From Sulfolobaceae archaeon (lineage in GTDB: Archaea; Thermoproteota; Thermoprotei_A; Sulfolobales; Sulfolobaceae): a stretch of DNA of 64,000 nucleotides. A program made the position numbers and the translations under genes. The notes under the pieces are model-generated. The model made no database searches, was not told the DNA's origin, and was given only the letters and a program-made list of their open reading frames with translations. Shown one piece after another: positions 1 to 10,992 of the stretch (within the stretch, counting starts at the first letter, position 1; the number at the start of each line of letters is the position of its first letter). The stretch spans positions 64,001 through 128,000 of the forward strand of contig JAWARQ010000001.1 of assembly GCA_038893355.1 (NCBI GenBank), given 5' to 3'.

Positions 1-1
1 A

Positions 2-874
2 CATATTGGTGATGGACTACATAATATTCTCTATACTGGAGATTTTAAGTATGCGAAAACCAGACTTTTAGATAGGGCTACAGACGAGTTTCCAAGAGTA
101 GACACTCTAATCATGGAAACAACTTATGGTGATCATGATCAACAAAGTAGAGAGGAAGCAGAAACACAACTCATTACTATAATAAATGAAACTATAAATA
201 GAAAAGGGAAAGTACTAATACCGGTTTTGGCAGTAGGTAGAGGACAAGAAATAATGTTAGTACTAAATGAAGCAATAAAGAACAAGCTAATGCCAGAGGT
301 ACCAATTTATATAACTGGTCTAGTTGAAGAAATAACTGCAATTCATAATGCTTATCCAGAGTGGCTGAGCAGAGAAGTTAGAGAAGCTATACTTTATAAG
401 GATGAAAATCCATTCACGTCACAGTATTTCCATAGGATAGATGGAATTCGTGAAATAGATGAACCTAGTGTAATAATAGCACCTTCTGGAATGTTAAATG
501 GTGGTCCAGCCTTAGAGTACTTCAAGATGTTAGCCCCTGATAGTAAGAATACAATTATATTTGTAAGTTATCAAGCAGAGGGGACTTTAGGAAGAAAAGT
601 CAGAGATGGTGTTAGGGAAGTCCAAATAATAAATAGGGAAGGCAAAGTAGAGAATATAAAAATAAATATGGAAGTTAAAGTAGTAGAAGGATTCTCTGGG
701 CATTCGGATAGAAGACAATTATTAAACTTTTTGAAAAATATAACACCTAAACCTCGCAATATAATATTAGGCCATGGAGAAAGAAGCGCAATAGCTTCTT
801 TTATGCAATTATTAGAGAAGAATAGAATAAAAGCTAGAGCACCAGAGATTCTTGATAGTATAAGAGTTGTCTGA
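2..874 (+). CDS. beta-CASP ribonuclease aCPSF1/FttA (5'-truncated by window)
   Basis: The frame is open from base 2 ([17 protein letters not shown]...METTYG). It carries the AVGRGQE, SGMLNGG, GFSGHSD and GHGE beta-CASP motifs. Confidence 0.93.
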   Translation, partial: HIGDGLHNILYTGDFKYAKTRLLDRATDEFPRVDTLIMETTYGDHDQQSREEAETQLITIINETINRKGKVLIPVLAVGRGQEIMLVLNEAIKNKLMPEVPIYITGLVEEITAIHNAYPEWLSREVREAILYKDENPFTSQYFHRIDGIREIDEPSVIIAPSGMLNGGPALEYFKMLAPDSKNTIIFVSYQAEGTLGRKVRDGVREVQIINREGKVENIKINMEVKVVEGFSGHSDRRQLLNFLKNITPKPRNIILGHGERSAIASFMQLLEKNRIKARAPEILDSIRVV

Positions 875-1000
875 CTTCCTCCTCACCCTGGAAGGGTGAG
901 GGTTCCCTCCCAGAGGGTTCATCGTTCCCACCATTGATTCGGGTTTACATCTCTCATCTGGTGGGCAGTCGAGAGGGTTAGAGACCCCTCCCATTCAAAT
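851..1000 (-). ncRNA. Putative TnpB omega/reRNA scaffold plus flank-derived guide (ACAACUCUUAUACUAUCAAG)
   Basis: It overlaps the tnpB 3' end and the structured right end, the known position of TnpB reRNA. Boundaries are approximate. Confidence 0.55.
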
Positions 1001-2161
1001 TAACTACAGCGATAACATCCCTATCATTCTCATAACCACAAGACGGACAGCTGAAGTACCTATAACCTACTTCTTTAATCTTTTTACTACACTTAGGGCA
1101 TGAAACTGATGAATAGTGAGGATTAACATATTGAACCAACAAGCCATGCTTCTTAGCCTGCCACTCAATCCAGTACTGAATCCTACGATACTGCATAAGA
1201 TACAGTTCATCCCTAAACTCACGTGGTAGTTTATTAACATGATTAATCAAGTTCTTGAGGTTCTCTAACTTAATAACATTAGCATTAAAACCCTCAGCAA
1301 CCTCAACAACCCACTTCCCTACCTTTCTAGCAAAGTACTCCATGATTCGCTTAACCTTAGAGTGGAATTGCTTAATCCTTGCAAGTATGTGTTTATTACC
1401 CCTCCACCTCTTAGAATACTTTCTCTGCAGAGCTTCAGCTAGAGTCTTCTAATGATGAATCTCATGAAGACGAGTTGGAATCCTAACGTAATGAGTCTCA
1501 TCCTCCCCCACTACTATCTCATTCATGTTAATATCGACAGCAATGCTACCCTTAGCTTCTATACTCCCTTTTGGCTTTTCAAAAACAACCTTTAGAAAAG
1601 CCTTATCACCTTTGACTACTAACCTTGCTTCCTTCATCTTCCAGTTCATATAGTCCTTAATGTTTCTAGGATAACCGAGGATGGGGAGCTCACCGACACC
1701 AGCAATTCTAACAGTCATCCTTTCTAAGTCCACGTTATAGCTTGCTTTTGGTGTTAACCATACAGTTGGCTTATACACTCTAGGAAACCTACCCCTCCTT
1801 GGGTTATTATACCAACCCTTGTATACTGAGAGTGCATCCCTATAACAGTCCTCAGCAACCTTTGATGGTAGATTGTATTCCCCTCTTAACTTATCATATA
1901 ACTCCTCATGGACTTTTCCTAACACACCCTTCTCTTCCGGATTTGGAACATTCTCCTTCAGCCAGAATAGGGTGAAACGTAGTGCCTTAACGTAGTTATT
2001 CGCGAGGGCTAGGAGGGGTTCAGATAAGGCAATCTTCATCGAAACAGTAGCTCTGATCGCTTTAACCCTCCTAGCTATTAGGAGAAAATTAAAAGAGCTA
2101 ACATTTAAACTTTATAAGGGGGCATCCATCCCCGCCTTAAAAGGCAAGGCTTTTCGCCCCC
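871..2161 (-). mobile_element. IS200/IS605-family tnpB-only element (no tnpA)
   Basis: The left-end hairpin (2118-2161) follows TTAA (2162-2165). The right-end hairpin CCTCACCCT-GGA-AGGGTGAGG lies at 881-901 and the element ends in TCAG on the minus strand. It encloses tnpB, is GC-richer than the flanks, and shows no target duplication. Confidence 0.9.
919..2078 (-). pseudogene. tnpB: TnpB (RNA-guided RuvC nuclease) pseudogene
   Basis: ORFs 1449-2039 and 978-1343 share a frame and are separated by one TAG (1449-1451, probably from TGG). RuvC motifs AVDIN, KLENL and DRDVIA and a CPKC..CPSC ribbon are present. The probable start reads ATA at 2078. An apparent 1-bp loss near 985 moves the usual [16 protein letters not shown] tail out of frame. 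Confidence 0.9.
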
Positions 2162-2212
2162 TTAACTCCTATTTTTGGTAAGCCTTTTAGCTTTATTTAT
2201 TAATTACAGCTT

Positions 2213-2854
2213 ATGACGGAAAGTAAAAAAGTTTTGAATTCTAAAACTAAAATTTTTAATTCTATTTTTAAATTAATAATAAGCATATTACTATTTATTA
2301 TTATATTAGCTTTTATAAACGTAGTATTAGTTACATTATTAAAGCAAATATATATTAATATACCTTATTTAATAAATCAAGGCCTTGATATATCGCCTTA
2401 TTTACCTTATATAAATACTGGTATTTCTATATTATTTGGATATCTTATTATTAACTCCTTCTCTGAAGTCATATATTGGAATTTAAGATTGCGATATGAT
2501 CATAGTACTTCACACTCAGTGAGAAATTTAATTAGAATTATTGGAATTGGAGCCTTAGCGGCTACAATTGCTGGAAGTACTGCAGGAGGTACTGCAGGAG
2601 TCGCTCTAGGTGGATTTTTAGGTATTGTAATAGGTTTTGCAACACAACAAATTTTAGGACAAGCCATAGCTGGTCTATTTTTATTAATAGCTAGACCATT
2701 TAAGATAGGAGACGTAGTAACGGTAGCAGGAGATACTGGGAAAGTAGAAGATATAACTACATTATTTACTTTTATAAATAAAGGAGATCAAATTGTACTA
2801 ATACCAAATAATTCAATTATAGGCAATAAAATATATATATTAAATAAAAGATAA
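2213..2854 (+). CDS. MscS-family small-conductance mechanosensitive channel
   Basis: TM helices, GFATQQILGQAIAGLFLLIARPFKIGDVV and IPNN motifs. Confidence 0.9.
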   Translation: MTESKKVLNSKTKIFNSIFKLIISILLFIIILAFINVVLVTLLKQIYINIPYLINQGLDISPYLPYINTGISILFGYLIINSFSEVIYWNLRLRYDHSTSHSVRNLIRIIGIGALAATIAGSTAGGTAGVALGGFLGIVIGFATQQILGQAIAGLFLLIARPFKIGDVVTVAGDTGKVEDITTLFTFINKGDQIVLIPNNSIIGNKIYILNKR

Positions 2855-3017
2855 ATATAATTAAAAATTTAAAAATATTTATATTATAAAAACTGATTTA
2901 AGATTTAATTCTTTATTATCTAATTATTTCAATTAAAGTATCTTATCATTATTTATAAATTTATAAATTATCAGTAATCATAAACTATCCTGCGATAATT
3001 ATAAAGCGGGGAAAGGT

Positions 3018-3239
3018 GTGGTTAATAAGACTTACACATCTGGTGATATAAGAATTCGTGAGGTTAAGGGAAAGTATTATATCTACGTTATAGAGAAGGA
3101 TAATGAAGGTAAGAGAAAGGATCGTTATGTGGGTCCTTTATCTGAGGTCGTGAAATTAGCATTAGCAGTAAAGGGTATGGGGGCAGTGCCCCCCACAATG
3201 GGCCCGCAGGGATTTGAACCCTGGACCACCCGGTTATGA
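3018..3239 (+). mobile_element. SSV-type integrase N-terminal fragment (intN) reading into the antisense of a tRNA (att scar)
   Basis: IRIREVKGKYYIY..DRYVGPL..GPQGFEPWT resembles the SSV1 Int N-terminus. A GC hairpin at about 3179-3194 precedes the tRNA 3' end. Confidence 0.85.
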
Positions 3240-3272
3240 GCCGGGCGCTCTGCCGGGCTAAGCTACGGGCCC
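3199..3272 (-). tRNA. tRNA with CAT anticodon, most likely tRNA-Ile2
   Basis: Cloverleaf GGGCCCGTAGCTTAGCC...CTCATAA...GGTTCAAATCC...CGGGCCCA. The GGGCCC acceptor stem is Ile-like rather than Met-like. Confidence 0.9.
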
Positions 3273-3308
3273 ACTATTAAAAATGTTATCATATTGGATT
3301 TTTAAGAA

Positions 3309-4553
3309 TTACGTACCGTATTTCCATTGCTTTAAGTATTCTATTTGCTCTTTTGTTAATTGCTGTAACTCCACATTCATCGTCTTTAATTTTATTCTAG
3401 CTACAGTTTCATCTATTTCTAAAGGTACATTATACACTTTATTCTCTAATTTACCTCTATTTTTAATTAAATATTCTACACATAGTGCTTGATTAGAAAA
3501 ACTAAGATCCATTACTTCACTAGGGTGTCCTTCTGCATTAACTAAATTAACTAATCTTCCTTCAGCTAATAAATATACCTTTTTACCGTTTTCAAGAGTA
3601 AATTCTTCTAATCCTTCTCTTATTTTTCTTATTTTAACAGCCCTTTTGTATAAAGTTTTTACATCGATTTCCACATTAAAATGTCCTGCATTAGCTAAAA
3701 TTGCACCATTCTTCATTTTTATGATATGCTCATAAGTTATTGCATTTATATTTCCAGTAGCTGTTATGAATATCTCACCTACCTTTATCGCATTATCTAT
3801 AGTGGTAACTTCGTACCCTTCCATAACCGCTTCTAATGCTCTCAATGGATTAGCTTCAACAATAATTACTCGTGCACCCATACCCCTTAGTCTACTTGCT
3901 ATACCTCTTCCGACCCAGCCATAACCTACGACTACTGCAACCTTACCTGCAATTAAAATATTAGTTGACCTAAGTATTCCATCTATAGTACTTTGTCCAG
4001 TACCTAATCTATTATCAAACAAGTACTTTGTAAAGGCATTATTTACAGCTATTACAGGATATCTTAAAATTCCCTCTTCTTCTAATGCCTTAATCCTATA
4101 CACTCCAGTTGTAGTTTCCTCTGTACCACCGAAGATGCCTTCTATTTTCTTTTCATGAACCATAACATGAAGATCTCCCCCATCGTCAATTACTATATGT
4201 GGTTTAAATTCAATTATTTTATTTATGTTCTCGTAATATTCATTAACTGTTTCTCCTCTCCATGCAAATACTCTTATACCATCTTTTACTAATGCTGCTG
4301 CAACATCGTCTTGGGTTGAAAGAGGATTGCTTGCTGCTAATGCAACTTCTGCCCCTCCTATTTTTAAAGTCCTCACTAATGCTGCTGTCTCCTTTGTAAC
4401 ATGGAGAACTGCAGAAATTCTTATTCCACTTAATGGCATTTCTCTCTCAAATCTCTTCCTAATTTCCATTAATGTTGGCATATGAATTTCCGCCCATTCA
4501 ATATTTAGATATCCTTTATCAGCAAGATTTAGATCTTTGATTTTATAGTCCAT
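3309..4553 (-). CDS. ahcY: Adenosylhomocysteinase
   Basis: [27 protein letters not shown] and [11 protein letters not shown] motifs. Confidence 0.97.
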   Translation of the reverse strand: MDYKIKDLNLADKGYLNIEWAEIHMPTLMEIRKRFEREMPLSGIRISAVLHVTKETAALVRTLKIGGAEVALAASNPLSTQDDVAAALVKDGIRVFAWRGETVNEYYENINKIIEFKPHIVIDDGGDLHVMVHEKKIEGIFGGTEETTTGVYRIKALEEEGILRYPVIAVNNAFTKYLFDNRLGTGQSTIDGILRSTNILIAGKVAVVVGYGWVGRGIASRLRGMGARVIIVEANPLRALEAVMEGYEVTTIDNAIKVGEIFITATGNINAITYEHIIKMKNGAILANAGHFNVEIDVKTLYKRAVKIRKIREGLEEFTLENGKKVYLLAEGRLVNLVNAEGHPSEVMDLSFSNQALCVEYLIKNRGKLENKVYNVPLEIDETVARIKLKTMNVELQQLTKEQIEYLKQWKYGT

Positions 4554-4605
4554 AATATATTTAGGGCTTGCTATAATAAAAAACCTTTCAGGATAAATAT
4601 ATTTT

Positions 4606-5106
4606 TTAATTATCTACTAAAAGATGTATATATTTTTTTGATATTTTATTAATAGTTTTTTTAATATAATTATAATTTATATTTAATAAATTTAATATTT
4701 TTCTAAATTCCTTATCCCTATAACCTGCTAAATAGAATGCTACTGCAACCCTTGTCTTTATTTTCCTACCAGATAATATACCTAACTTATTTATATTCTC
4801 ATAAATTTTCTTAACTTTTAAATTTCTCGATACTAAATCTAATGCAATAAGACTATCTTCATGAATAATATGTTTAATTCCATTAATATAAATTATATTT
4901 TTTCTAAATTTATTAAATATAAAATCTTTTGTTTCTTTTCTAATATTATTAAATAAATTAGGCGATATAATAATGTATTCATCTTCAGTATTGATTAAAG
5001 TATTATCGTATATTGTTTCTATAACGAGACCACAATTACTACAGACTATATTTCCATTCTTTCTATCCCAAACTAAGTCACTAGAGCCACAATTTTCACA
5101 TTTCAT
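4606..5106 (-). CDS. tfb3: Truncated TFIIB-type Zn-ribbon factor, likely DNA-damage-responsive TFB3
   Basis: N-terminal CENC..CSNCG ribbon, only 166 aa, and neighbouring hisS/endonuclease subunit as in Sulfolobales. Confidence 0.75.
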   Translation of the reverse strand: MKCENCGSSDLVWDRKNGNIVCSNCGLVIETIYDNTLINTEDEYIIISPNLFNNIRKETKDFIFNKFRKNIIYINGIKHIIHEDSLIALDLVSRNLKVKKIYENINKLGILSGRKIKTRVAVAFYLAGYRDKEFRKILNLLNINYNYIKKTINKISKKYIHLLVDN

Positions 5107-5128
5107 AAATTATCGTGATTAAAGGATA

Positions 5129-5530
5129 ATGAATAAAAGAAACTCTTTATTACTTACTAGTGTGAGCCAGACGACTGAAAATAATCAAAGCAATGAATTT
5201 ATAAGAAATATTTATAAATATATATATTATAAAATAAAAAACGAAAAAAAAGAAAAATGGGATAATATAGTAGTCTATATAGATCTAAAACTAAGAGGAA
5301 GAAATCCTATTAAGGGTCCTATAGAAAACTCTTGGTTCATTCCAAAGGGTTCTAATAAAGTAGGAACTTTAGTATACGTTCTTAATGAGAATACATCAAT
5401 TAATCCTAGAGATTTTTTTGAACTTTTAGAACTTAGTAAGAGGATGAGAGTTCAATTAGTACTTGCTATAGTTGATATGTACGGGGATATAACTTATTAT
5501 ACCCTTTCAGAAGTTTCATTAGTGAAGTGA
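5129..5530 (+). CDS. tRNA-splicing endonuclease structural (beta) subunit, probable
   Basis: VYIDLKLRGR and the C-terminal LAIVDMYGDITYY beta-strand motif. Confidence 0.7.
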   Translation: MNKRNSLLLTSVSQTTENNQSNEFIRNIYKYIYYKIKNEKKEKWDNIVVYIDLKLRGRNPIKGPIENSWFIPKGSNKVGTLVYVLNENTSINPRDFFELLELSKRMRVQLVLAIVDMYGDITYYTLSEVSLVK

Positions 5531-6837
5531 AGGAAAAAATCTCTTTTGAACCAGTAAGAGGAATGAGGGATCTCTTTGGCGATGAGCTAGCAAAAATTAG
5601 ATATTTAGAATCTAAGTTTAGAAACGTAGTAGAAAGGGCAGGGTATAGTGAGATTGTAACTCCAATAGTTGAAGATGTGAAATTGTTTACATTAAAGGGA
5701 GGCGAAGAGATAAGGAGGACAATATATGTATTTAAAGATAAGGCTGAAAGAGAAATTGCACTTAGACCAGAATTTACACCGAGTGTAGCAAGAGTTTACT
5801 TAAACTATTTTCAACATTATCCTAAACCAATAAGATTTTACTACATCGGTACTGTGTATAGATACGATGAACCACAGTTTGGAAGATATAGAGAGTTTAG
5901 ACAAGCAGGGGTAGAACTATTAGGTTCTGAGTCTATACTTGCAGATATAGAAATGCTACAATTACTTATAGAATTTTTTTCAGAAATAAATTTATATAAT
6001 AAAATTAAAATAAAAATAAATAATATAGCAATATTCAAAGAAATACTAAATAGAAATAAAGTTAATGAAGAAGATCAAGAACATTTCTTGCATCTTGTTG
6101 ATAAGAATAAAGTTAATGAAGCTTTAGAATATTTAAAATCAAAGAATATAAATGAAATTGATCTGGAAATAATACAAAATATGTTGATTAACAAATTAGA
6201 ATATAAAAACTATAATAAACTTGTAGAATATATTAGAGAAAAAAAGAGAGATAATTTATTACCTCATATCGAAAGATTATTTAATATTGTTAATATTATG
6301 AATAATTTAGGTTATAGTGATATTATAGAAGTTGATATAGGATTTGTAAGAGGATTAGCTTATTATACTGGAATTATATTTGAAGTTACACATCCTGAAG
6401 TAAGTTTTAGTATTGCTGGTGGTGGAAGATATGATGAGCTAATAAAATTATATAGTGGTAACGAAAATCTACCAGCAATTGGTTTTGCTATAGGTCTAGA
6501 AAGAACTTCCATGTTAATAAAAGATTCTTATAAGCAAAATACTGCATCGGTTAAAATAGGTATGATTATAATTAATGAAAACGAAAAGATAGTTTCATAT
6601 GCACTTAATGTATTATCGTTATTAAGAAAGCAAAATCTTTCGGTAATTTTAAATTTAAAAGATTCTAATATTTCAAAGTTAATATCATTTTATGCTAATT
6701 TAAATTTTGATTATTTAATAATAATTGGAAATAAAGAATTTGAAAACAAGACAGTTATAATAAAGAATTTGAAAACAAGACAACAGATTGAGCTTCCTTT
6801 TGATAAAATCTCAGAAATTTCCACGCGAGTAGTTTAA
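5527..6837 (+). CDS. hisS: Histidyl-tRNA synthetase
   Basis: [30 protein letters not shown] and GGGRYD motifs. Confidence 0.97.
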   Translation: MKEKISFEPVRGMRDLFGDELAKIRYLESKFRNVVERAGYSEIVTPIVEDVKLFTLKGGEEIRRTIYVFKDKAEREIALRPEFTPSVARVYLNYFQHYPKPIRFYYIGTVYRYDEPQFGRYREFRQAGVELLGSESILADIEMLQLLIEFFSEINLYNKIKIKINNIAIFKEILNRNKVNEEDQEHFLHLVDKNKVNEALEYLKSKNINEIDLEIIQNMLINKLEYKNYNKLVEYIREKKRDNLLPHIERLFNIVNIMNNLGYSDIIEVDIGFVRGLAYYTGIIFEVTHPEVSFSIAGGGRYDELIKLYSGNENLPAIGFAIGLERTSMLIKDSYKQNTASVKIGMIIINENEKIVSYALNVLSLLRKQNLSVILNLKDSNISKLISFYANLNFDYLIIIGNKEFENKTVIIKNLKTRQQIELPFDKISEISTRVV

Positions 6838-6851
6838 CTTTTTATATTTAT

Positions 6852-7460
6852 GTGAGTTTGGATAGATTAATGGAAGAATTACCTGCAACTGCATTAGGGA
6901 TAAGAACAAATGAAGGAGTCATATTAGGTGCAGAAAGAAGATTAGCTTATGGAGGATATGTGCTAAGCAGAGCTGCTAAAAAGGTTCATAAGATAGGTAG
7001 ATTTGGAATAGCTGGAGTGGGGTTATTTGGAGATCTCCAACTTCTTACAAGAATTATGAATGTCGAGATAAAAAATTATGAGTTACATGTTGGAAGAATG
7101 ATTCCTGTCAGATCTGCAGCTAAACTGTTATCAGTTATTTTATATCAATACAAATTTATGCCATTTATTTCGGAAATTCTCTTTGCAGGAATTGATGAAA
7201 ACGGACCGCAATTATTCGTTTTAGATCCTATAGGTTCGTTAATTGAAGATGTGTATGCGGCAGTAGGCTCTGGGGCTAAAGTTGCTATAGGTATACTTGA
7301 GAGTGAATACTCACCAGATATAAGCATAGATAATGCAAAAAACTTGGCAATTAAGGCTCTAAGAGCTACCATTCAACGTGATGTAACTTCCGGTGATGGT
7401 ATAGATATACTCGTATTAAAAAAGGATGGTAATAGTGAAGAGAATTTTATTCCTATTTAG
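6852..7460 (+). CDS. psmB: Proteasome beta subunit
   Basis: Ntn-fold motifs ATALGI..AERR, GSGAKVA and RDVTSGDG. Confidence 0.93.
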   Translation: MSLDRLMEELPATALGIRTNEGVILGAERRLAYGGYVLSRAAKKVHKIGRFGIAGVGLFGDLQLLTRIMNVEIKNYELHVGRMIPVRSAAKLLSVILYQYKFMPFISEILFAGIDENGPQLFVLDPIGSLIEDVYAAVGSGAKVAIGILESEYSPDISIDNAKNLAIKALRATIQRDVTSGDGIDILVLKKDGNSEENFIPI

Positions 7461-7831
7461 TGCTTAAGACATAAATAAACGTGATCCATCATGTTAAACT
7501 TTTTTGATGCTATTAGACCCTCTTTCGTAGTTATTTTGACAATTAACCCATATAATGATATTAAACTTATATATTCATCTTTATCCTTTCTTTCATAGAA
7601 AAGATAACCATGAGCACAAAAGTCTTTATTGGTATATTGTGGTTTATCCTTTACTACTAAAAATTTAATATTTTCATTCTCCTTAAATATTAATAACTCA
7701 TCTGGAATATCAACTTCTGCATTAAGATTATTACAAGAGATTTTAACTATACTATAACCTCTTAAACTTCCTGCAATTATGGAATTTATCTTACATTCTT
7801 CCGATATCTTACTAGCCTCTATAGTCATCAA
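7457..7831 (-). CDS. rpoG: RNA polymerase subunit Rpo8 (G)
   Basis: FCAHGY and [10 protein letters not shown] motifs, plus synteny with psmB and SmAP3. Confidence 0.85.
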   Translation of the reverse strand: MMTIEASKISEECKINSIIAGSLRGYSIVKISCNNLNAEVDIPDELLIFKENENIKFLVVKDKPQYTNKDFCAHGYLFYERKDKDEYISLISLYGLIVKITTKEGLIASKKFNMMDHVYLCLKH

Positions 7832-7867
7832 TTCATTATTTAAACTTGTACTTAAATAACTAGTTGT

Positions 7868-8305
7868 ATGAGTGTAGGTGCAAGAAAAATCTCAACAGAT
7901 CTTAACATGATGATTGATAAAACGGTAGTTGTAAAGATGATAAACAATAAAACATATACAGGTACTTTGTCCTCTTATGAAACTTCACCGTTCTTAATAG
8001 CATTATCAAATGCAAAAGATGAGAACAATAATGTTTACTATAAAGTGATACTAAATGGATCATTTATACAAGAAATCTTAATAAAGACAGCACCAATTTT
8101 TGATCCCAAAGAATTTGCGGAAATATTAACTAGAACTCTTGGATTAAGAAGTGGAGATGTAAGAGTATATGAAGAAGCTGGAATAGTTACGGTACTTGAT
8201 AAAATAAAAGTTAGTGAAAGTGGAGTAGAGGGTAGCGGTCCATTAGCTCAAAGGATATATGATATATTTAATGATTATATCTCTAAAAAGAAAAAGAGTA
8301 TGTAA
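7868..8305 (+). CDS. Lsm/Sm-like protein SmAP3
   Basis: N-terminal Sm fold plus a C-terminal domain ([16 protein letters not shown]). Confidence 0.85.
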   Translation: MSVGARKISTDLNMMIDKTVVVKMINNKTYTGTLSSYETSPFLIALSNAKDENNNVYYKVILNGSFIQEILIKTAPIFDPKEFAEILTRTLGLRSGDVRVYEEAGIVTVLDKIKVSESGVEGSGPLAQRIYDIFNDYISKKKKSM

Positions 8306-8306
8306 A

Positions 8307-9779
8307 ATGATAGGAGACTTTGAAGTAAAACATACTAGCCTTGCTGGTAGAATTGGTGTATTAGAAACGAGACATAGAAAGCTAGAAACCCCCATATTTT
8401 TTCCAGTAATAAATCCATTTAAAAGGGAATTTTCTGTAGAAGATTTAAAAAAATTAAAAATACAAAATTTTATAACTAATGCTTATATTCTTAAAAAAAA
8501 TAATATTATAGGAACATCTGTTCATAAATTCTTTCAATTTGACGGAACAATAATGACAGATTCTGGCGCGTATCAAATATTAGAATATGGTAAGGTAGAT
8601 GTAACTAATGAGGAAATAATAAAATACCAAGAGGAATTATTGTCAGATATCGCAGTGATCTTAGATATTCCAACAGGAAATACTGAAAGTAAGAAGGAGG
8701 CAGAAAAATCTGTTCAAGAGACTATAAAAAGGGCAGAAGAGGCTGAGAAAATTATTTCATCTGATAATGAAATAATTTGGGTATATCCTATACAGGGCGG
8801 AAGATTTTTAGACTTAGTAGAATATTCTTCAAGAAAAATTAGGGAATTTAAGAAGTATAAGATGGTAGCTCTTGGAAGTCCAACTGTAGTATTAGAAAGA
8901 TATGAGTACGAAGTCCTAATAGATATGATATATACTGCTAGGTCTAATTTACCTAGATCTTTCCCGTTACACTTATTTGGTGGTGGTTTACCACATATAA
9001 TTCCTTTTGCAGTAGCATTAGGTGTTGACTCCTTTGATTCAGCCTCGTACATACTATACGCTAGAGATAATAGGTATATTACTAGAAGCAGAGTTAGGAG
9101 GTTAGAGGAATTAGATTATTTACCATGTAGCTGTATTATTTGCCAAAAATATACTAAAGAAGAGCTTCTAGAGATGAATAAAGAGGAGAGAATAAAAAAA
9201 CTAGCAATACATAACTTACTAAAAATACTAGAAGAAATAAATGAAACAAAACAAGCAATAAAAGAGGATAGACTTTTTGAATACCTATATGAGAAATCAC
9301 GAGCGCATCCTGCAATTTATACTGCATATAAAAGATTATTAAATTATTATAAATATTTAGAATTATATGATAGTAGAATAAAAGGTGATATAAGTGGTAT
9401 ATTTCTATATGACATAGACTCATTTTACAGGCCAGAATTAGTAAGATACAAAAATTATCTTGATAGAGTAATTAAAAAGAAAAACTATGCTGTGATACTA
9501 TGTTACGACTCTTTAGATTTTATAAAAGAAAAATATAATTTTATAAAAGAAAAATATAAAGATTATGATATATACGTATATCATGAATTTTTTGGAATAA
9601 TTCCAATAGACTTAATATATACTTATCCTCTCTCTCAACATGAAAAACCAAAAATAATTTCAGAAGATGTCAAAAAATACAGCTATGAAATATTACAAAA
9701 TTTTCTTAACATGAAAAAATATGAAAAAGTAATCTATGAAGAATGCAACGAAAAATTACATATATCCGCCTCTACCTAA
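8307..9779 (+). CDS. tgtA: Archaeal tRNA-guanine(15) transglycosylase
   Basis: MTDSGAYQ, PIQGG, HLFG, DSFDSA and CSC..C/H Zn site. The ATG at 8307 is preferred over 8259. Confidence 0.95.
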   Translation: MIGDFEVKHTSLAGRIGVLETRHRKLETPIFFPVINPFKREFSVEDLKKLKIQNFITNAYILKKNNIIGTSVHKFFQFDGTIMTDSGAYQILEYGKVDVTNEEIIKYQEELLSDIAVILDIPTGNTESKKEAEKSVQETIKRAEEAEKIISSDNEIIWVYPIQGGRFLDLVEYSSRKIREFKKYKMVALGSPTVVLERYEYEVLIDMIYTARSNLPRSFPLHLFGGGLPHIIPFAVALGVDSFDSASYILYARDNRYITRSRVRRLEELDYLPCSCIICQKYTKEELLEMNKEERIKKLAIHNLLKILEEINETKQAIKEDRLFEYLYEKSRAHPAIYTAYKRLLNYYKYLELYDSRIKGDISGIFLYDIDSFYRPELVRYKNYLDRVIKKKNYAVILCYDSLDFIKEKYNFIKEKYKDYDIYVYHEFFGIIPIDLIYTYPLSQHEKPKIISEDVKKYSYEILQNFLNMKKYEKVIYEECNEKLHISAST

Positions 9780-10478
9780 ACTTCCCTTATTAATCTCAGT
9801 CTGTAGAATTTCCATTTGCCTTTGAAGTTCTTCTTCTATCTTTTTTGCATCTTCGTATAGCGAAGATACATCAACTTTAATTGAAAGGATATCAGAAAGA
9901 GCCTCTATAGCTACTGCTGCAGCAGCAGGGTCAGCTCTATCTCTTTCTGCGTAAGGTAGAAGAACTATTGCTGGAATATCCTCAATCTCTGCATAAATTG
10001 TAAGTAATGCTAGTGGTCCTACAACTAAGAGATATTTATCCATTAATGGATAATTTAAATTTATATTACTTTTACTCGTTTTTATCCAAGATAATTTTGC
10101 ATTAGTACTCTTATAATTCTTATCTAAGCCACCAATAAATATTGCATTACTTATCTTTACTCGCTTAAGCCACCTTATTATTCCTCTAGTATATTCATTC
10201 CATTCCCTATGATATGGTAAAATATGATTTAAGAGTAGTAGAAGTTTATTCTCCTCATCTATAAATAACTCAAAAGGTGTTGCAAGACCGTAATCGTCCA
10301 TAAAAGCTACATCCCTTAGATACCTTGTAATTACAAATCCTACTCTTTTCATTCTTCTTTGTAACACTAAGTGTCTAACTGCTAAATAGCCTACTTCCCC
10401 TAAGGTTCTAAAGCCGGTAACGAATCTATAACCTTCTAACTTCATCTCATCTATTCCTTTAAGAATAATCTTCACCAT
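9756..10478 (-). CDS. PAC2-family proteasome assembly chaperone-like protein
   Basis: GFRTLGEVGYLA, DPAAA and a coiled C-terminus, downstream of PAN. Confidence 0.8.
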   Translation of the reverse strand: MVKIILKGIDEMKLEGYRFVTGFRTLGEVGYLAVRHLVLQRRMKRVGFVITRYLRDVAFMDDYGLATPFELFIDEENKLLLLLNHILPYHREWNEYTRGIIRWLKRVKISNAIFIGGLDKNYKSTNAKLSWIKTSKSNINLNYPLMDKYLLVVGPLALLTIYAEIEDIPAIVLLPYAERDRADPAAAAVAIEALSDILSIKVDVSSLYEDAKKIEEELQRQMEILQTEINKGSLGRGGYM

Positions 10479-10992
10479 TTTCTTTTACACCTCTCTTTAT
10501 ATTTACAGCTACACCTCTCTTATATTCCAATAATTCCTCACCAGATATTTTTAATCTTCCAAATCCTATTAACTCATCATTCTTATCAACTACTATTACC
10601 TCATCTCCTGGTCGAAGATTTCTATCCACTTCTATCACATGTTTTGCAAAAACATTATAACCTTTAGATATATATTCTTTTGCCTCGTCTATTATTATTA
10701 CTCGGTACTTTGGTTTATTTGAACATTTTTTAATTCCATTTGCTGAAAGCAAAGTTAAAGAAAATAAATAATCTTGAGCTCTTAATATTAAATATAAATG
10801 TATCTGATTTTTTTCGTTGTCATAAATATAAATGTATCTGATTTTTTTCGTTGAAGGTGATCTTTGTATATATAATACGTCACTGTTCTGTAATATTAAG
10901 CATTCAGCAGTACTATAATCAAACTGGTATTCCGCAACCCACAATAAATGTTCTACTTCTAAATTAGAAGCTTTGTAAATTCCCCTTAACAT
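10459..10992 (-). CDS. PUA-domain RNA-binding protein
   Basis: GYNVFAKHV..LRPGDEVIVVD..G..RGVAV PUA motif. Confidence 0.85.
   Translation of the reverse strand: MLRGIYKASNLEVEHLLWVAEYQFDYSTAECLILQNSDVLYIQRSPSTKKIRYIYIYDNEKNQIHLYLILRAQDYLFSLTLLSANGIKKCSNKPKYRVIIIDEAKEYISKGYNVFAKHVIEVDRNLRPGDEVIVVDKNDELIGFGRLKISGEELLEYKRGVAVNIKRGVKENGEDYS

Noticed and set aside
812-994. 60-aa ORF at the IS right end
   Set aside because: It is an alternative reading of the tnpB tail/reRNA scaffold, not an independent gene.
5139-5144. ANTTTC DNA-damage element upstream of tfb3 (and at 20351-20356 before the HerA gene)
   Set aside because: The hexamer is too common in AT-rich DNA, and I could not confirm the spacing to a TATA box.
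9517-9559. 21-bp-period repeat in the tgtA C-terminus (FIKEKYN FIKEKYK)
   Set aside because: An ordinary in-frame micro-duplication in low-complexity sequence.
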